A DNA stretch of 10,698 nucleotides, taken from positions 1 to 10,698 of the forward strand of contig JBDRWI010000069.1 of assembly GCA_039802265.1 (NCBI GenBank). The letters run 5' to 3'. The DNA is from a candidate division WOR-3 bacterium (GTDB taxonomy: Bacteria > Hydrothermota > Tepidihabitantia > SM23-42 > JAOAFX01). The first letter of the stretch is position 1; the number at the start of each line of letters is the position of its first letter. The translations under genes and the position numbers were made by a program. Positions 7,427 through 10,698 of the stretch are shown here, piece by piece. A model generated the notes under the pieces. The model ran no database searches, was not told the origin of the DNA, and worked only from the letters and a program-made list of their open reading frames with translations.

Positions 7427-8951
7427 CTTTATCAAGACTCCGATACTGGATTGCCTCAGCAATATGCTGGACTTTTATATCCTTACTTGTCTCTAAATCG
7501 GCAATGGTGCGTGCCACCTTAAGAATCTTGTCATAGGCACGTGCCGAGAGCCCAAATTTTTCAATCGCGGTCTTGAGGAGATTCTGTGATTCTTCATCTA
7601 TCGGGCAGAATTTTCTGATATCCTTTGATTCCATATGGGCATTACAGAAAATTTTACGCCTTGCCTCCTTGAATCTTTCCAGTTGAATCTCCCTTGCCCT
7701 ATCAACCCTTTTTCTAATCTCCTCGGAAGATTCGCCAGTCTGGGCAGATTTCAGTTCATCATACTTCAGGGAAGGAACTTCAATATGAATATCAATCCGG
7801 TCCAGTAACGGTCCGGATATCCTTGCCCGATAATGTTGAATTTGAACCGGCGTACAGCGACACTCATGATACGGGTCGGTGAAATAACCACACGGGCAGG
7901 GATTCATTGCTGCTGCCAGCATAAAGCGCGCTGGATAAGTAAGCGTAACCTTTGCCCTTCCAATCGTTACCGAACCATCCTCAAGGGGCTGACGCAAAAC
8001 CTCAAGGACATTTTTGTGGAATTCAGGGAGTTCATCAAGAAACAGCACGCCATTGTGGGCAAGTGAAACCTCGCCGGGTTTTGGGATATGCCCACCACCA
8101 ATGATTCCGGCATCGGATATTGTATGGTGAGGTGCGCGAAAGGGCCTTGTACCAATGAGCGACGAGCCGGCTGGCAGTGTACCAGCAACCGAATGGATCT
8201 TGGTTGTCTCCAATGATTCCTGCAGTGTCATCTTGGGGAGAATTGTAACCAATCTTCGGGCAAGCATTGTCTTACCGGTTCCCGGTGGACCGATCATCAA
8301 AATATTGTGTCCACCGGCTGCCGCAATCTCTAACGCCCGCTTTGCATGGTACTGCCCTTTTACCTCGGCAAAATCTATTGGATATTTTGAAACGGACTCA
8401 AAAATCTCTTCCCGGTTTACAATCACCGGATTAACCTGCAATTCACCATTCAAAAATGCTACAACCTCAATTAAATTTTCAAAGCCATAGACATTTATTC
8501 CCTCAACGATTGCCGCCTCCCGGGCATTGGCATTGGGGAGAATAATTCCTTCCAATTTATTCTCCTTTGCCGCAAGGGATATTGAGATTGCACCCTTGAT
8601 GGGCCTTAATGAGCCATCAAGGGATAATTCACCGAGTATGGCAAATCTTGAAAGACTCTGACCGCGTACAGTCTGGGAGGCAGCGAGGATACCAATCGCT
8701 ATGGGCAGATCAAAACTTGACCCCTCTTTTTTTATATCAGCCGGAGCCAGATTGACCGTTATCTTCTTAGCCGGAAACCTGAAGCCAGCATTTTTAATTG
8801 CCGCAAAGACCCGGTCCTTTGACTCTTTTACTGCATTATCCGGTAGTCCGACTGTAGTAAAACCGGGTAATCCCCCGGATAGGTCAACTTCCACATCTAC
8901 CAGATAACCATCAATGCCATAGGTGGCACAGGAAAGAACACGCGAAAGCAT
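7407..8951 (-). CDS. comM: YifB/ComM family Mg-chelatase-like AAA+ ATPase (competence helicase ComM)
   Basis: N-terminal Lon-like domain ([34 protein letters not shown]), Walker [71 protein letters not shown] 8951 is chosen because the track's TTG 8957 overlaps the -10 box. Confidence 0.95.
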   Translation of the reverse strand: MLSRVLSCATYGIDGYLVDVEVDLSGGLPGFTTVGLPDNAVKESKDRVFAAIKNAGFRFPAKKITVNLAPADIKKEGSSFDLPIAIGILAASQTVRGQSLSRFAILGELSLDGSLRPIKGAISISLAAKENKLEGIILPNANAREAAIVEGINVYGFENLIEVVAFLNGELQVNPVIVNREEIFESVSKYPIDFAEVKGQYHAKRALEIAAAGGHNILMIGPPGTGKTMLARRLVTILPKMTLQESLETTKIHSVAGTLPAGSSLIGTRPFRAPHHTISDAGIIGGGHIPKPGEVSLAHNGVLFLDELPEFHKNVLEVLRQPLEDGSVTIGRAKVTLTYPARFMLAAAMNPCPCGYFTDPYHECRCTPVQIQHYRARISGPLLDRIDIHIEVPSLKYDELKSAQTGESSEEIRKRVDRAREIQLERFKEARRKIFCNAHMESKDIRKFCPIDEESQNLLKTAIEKFGLSARAYDKILKVARTIADLETSKDIKVQHIAEAIQYRSLDKDVWQKL

Positions 8952-8956
8952 AGCCA

Positions 8957-8984
8957 ATTATATTCAATCTGCACTCGCTGTCAA
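8957..8984 (-). promoter_or_regulatory. sigma70 promoter of comM (leaderless arrangement)
   Basis: TTGACA (8984-8979), 16 bp, TATAAT (8962-8957), TGGCT, ATG 8951. Confidence 0.75.
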
Positions 8985-9062
8985 CGGCTGAGAGGTTAAT
9001 TTCATCCTCTTTTTTCTATAGAAAATCAATGCCTTTACTTCGGGATAAAAATTTTTCAATTA

Positions 9063-9090
9063 TTGACTTTGTTGTCTCATTATGTATAAT
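9063..9090 (+). promoter_or_regulatory. sigma70 promoter of the Yip1 gene (leaderless arrangement)
   Basis: TTGACT (9063-9068), 16 bp, TATAAT (9085-9090), ATAGT, ATG 9096. Confidence 0.72.
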
Positions 9091-9095
9091 ATAGT

Positions 9096-9770
9096 ATGAA
9101 AAACTTTATAAATATTTTCACCAATCCTTCTGCGGTATTCAGCAGTATAAAAGAGAAACCGGAATGGTCCAAACCGCTGATGGTGGTTTTAGTCATTCTT
9201 TCAATAATCTCGATATTAACCATTTCCACAACCCGCGATTTGATAACTGCCCAGCAGATAGAGGCAATGAAAGATAGAAAAATGACCGATGAACAGATAG
9301 AACAGGCAATGAAATTTACTTCGGGTGCCTTTATTTATGTATCTGCTATATTCGGCACAATCATTGGTGTAACTGTTGTCCTTCTCTTGTTTGCCTTGCT
9401 ATTGAATCTATTTATTCCAGTAGCCGGTGGTGAAGGTTCCTACAAACTTGTTTTTTCTGTAGTATCATATTCAGCACTTATTAAAATTCCCGCCCACTTA
9501 CTCAGATGGATTTTGATTATGTTAAAACACTCTTTACAGGTAAACACTTCATTTGCCCTTTTTGTGCCCAATCTTCCTGCAAAATCATTTACCTACAGAT
9601 TATTGGCAAGTTTTGATTTCTTTATTATCTGGGAGATGATACTGGTGGCAATGGGAATCAGTATTACCAATAATTTAAAGAGAGAAAATGCCTATATCCT
9701 GGTCTTTTTAATCTGGATTGCCTCCATATTCTTGGGCATGGGACTTGGAGGTCTATTCGGACCGAGATAG
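9096..9770 (+). CDS. Yip1-family membrane protein
   Basis: IFTNPSAVFSSIKEKPEWSKPL N-terminus, about 5 TM helices, GGEGSYKLVFSVVSYS and DFFIIW motifs typical of bacterial Yip1 proteins, which often occur next to efflux genes. Confidence 0.82.
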   Translation: MKNFINIFTNPSAVFSSIKEKPEWSKPLMVVLVILSIISILTISTTRDLITAQQIEAMKDRKMTDEQIEQAMKFTSGAFIYVSAIFGTIIGVTVVLLLFALLLNLFIPVAGGEGSYKLVFSVVSYSALIKIPAHLLRWILIMLKHSLQVNTSFALFVPNLPAKSFTYRLLASFDFFIIWEMILVAMGISITNNLKRENAYILVFLIWIASIFLGMGLGGLFGPR

Positions 9771-9829
9771 GTATCAAGTGAACCTGAACTCCATAGTCCA
9801 ATGCCTTCATCTTCTTCTTGGTAAAAAAC

Positions 9830-9857
9830 TTGATTCACTACAGAGAGGGAGTACAAT
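9830..9857 (+). promoter_or_regulatory. sigma70 promoter of the TolC-family gene (leaderless arrangement)
   Basis: TTGATT (9830-9835), 16 bp, TACAAT (9852-9857), AGTGT, ATG 9863. Confidence 0.6.
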
Positions 9858-9862
9858 AGTGT

Positions 9863-10698
9863 ATGTGGTTAATATTAATTTTAGGATTACAGATTGACAC
9901 GCTCTCACTCCGTGAGGCGATTGAAATTGCTTTAAGGCAGAGTCCAACTTATTTGGAATCAAGAGAGACACTAACAAAATCAAGGGTGCAGTTTTTTAAG
10001 GCACTTTCTTATCTTCTACCTACAAATTCAACAACTGGGACCTGGACTAAGAGTGAATTCCAGGGTATGACTAATGAATATTATACCGGTTCAATCAATT
10101 TTTCAATGCCGATTTTTGACCTTGATGTAATAAGTTCAATTGTTATGGCAAAAGGGCAGGAAAAGGGTACTTCAATCCAGCATAATCAAGATATCGCAAA
10201 TCTTATTTTAAATATAAAGAAATCATATTATAATCTTATCACGGCAAATGAATTATTAAATTCGTCCCAGAAGGCGCTTGAACGGGCAATAGAGAACAAA
10301 AAACTCGTTGAGACAAAATATGAACTCGGTTCAGCATCAAGACTTGAACTACTCCAGGCGGAGGTCTTTTATCTCCAGACCCTTCAGAACAATTCTCAGG
10401 CAAAGACCCTTGAGGCACAGGCGCAGCAGGAACTAAAGGCATTGCTCAATATCTCCAATCAAATTTTTCCAAAGGATTCATTTGCCATTCCTGATACATT
10501 TATTCTGCCATCCCTTGATTCAATGAAAGAAATTTTGTTGACTGCAAACTTAGGTATTAGATTAGCAAGGCAGATGAACAGTCTCGCCTGTGCAAACTTA
10601 TGGTTTTCTACTTTTGCGTTTCTGCCCAGAATTTCTTTATTTTATGGATATAACACCAGCCTTGATTCATTTTCACTTAATCTTGACTATCTTAGAGA
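9863..10698 (+). CDS. TolC-family outer membrane efflux protein (partial; runs off the right edge)
   Basis: Manual translation is open to the edge: MWLILILGLQIDTLSLREAIEIALRQSP...FSMPIFD...NIKKSYYNL...ETKYELGSASRLELLQAE..., with a second repeat starting at ...FAFLPRISL. These are OEP-repeat hallmarks. Absent from the ORF track. Confidence 0.9.
   Translation, partial: MWLILILGLQIDTLSLREAIEIALRQSPTYLESRETLTKSRVQFFKALSYLLPTNSTTGTWTKSEFQGMTNEYYTGSINFSMPIFDLDVISSIVMAKGQEKGTSIQHNQDIANLILNIKKSYYNLITANELLNSSQKALERAIENKKLVETKYELGSASRLELLQAEVFYLQTLQNNSQAKTLEAQAQQELKALLNISNQIFPKDSFAIPDTFILPSLDSMKEILLTANLGIRLARQMNSLACANLWFSTFAFLPRISLFYGYNTSLDSFSLNLDYLR

Noticed and set aside
7407..8951. True magnesium chelatase (chlorophyll/cobalamin synthesis)
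   Set aside because: The Lon-like N-terminal domain and PFRAPHH/NPCPCG motifs identify the YifB/ComM family, not ChlI/BchI.
6479..10442. Short ORFs 6479..6667, 6559..6894, 6743..6931, 7025..7207, 7833..8066, 7967..8188, 8155..8490, 8701..8907, 10239..10442
   Set aside because: Shadows of the desulfurase, comM and TolC-family genes.

Overview
AT-rich bacterial chromosomal region. The gene mix and style suggest a diderm, possibly FCB-associated/WOR-3-like lineage (inference only). Left to right: a truncated secreted beta-repeat protein (-, missing from the ORF track); a secreted LolA-like/TlpA-thioredoxin fusion (-); comF; a UbiA prenyltransferase of the DGGGP-synthase type coupled to uppP; a ~265-nt non-coding nested inverted-repeat element; a WrbA-like flavodoxin (+); a class V PLP cysteine desulfurase-like gene and comM (-); a Yip1 membrane protein; and a truncated TolC-family gene (+, missing from the ORF track). 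No tRNA, rRNA, CRISPR, transposase or integrase was seen. The main unexplained signals are: (1) the large branched hairpin element at 5208-5471, built from short periodic repeats with G·U pairs favouring the + strand; (2) four genes whose start codon lies exactly 5 nt after a sigma70 -10 box, implying leaderless mRNAs, with mostly 16-bp promoter spacers; (3) a probable non-canonical ATC start for the redoxin fusion.
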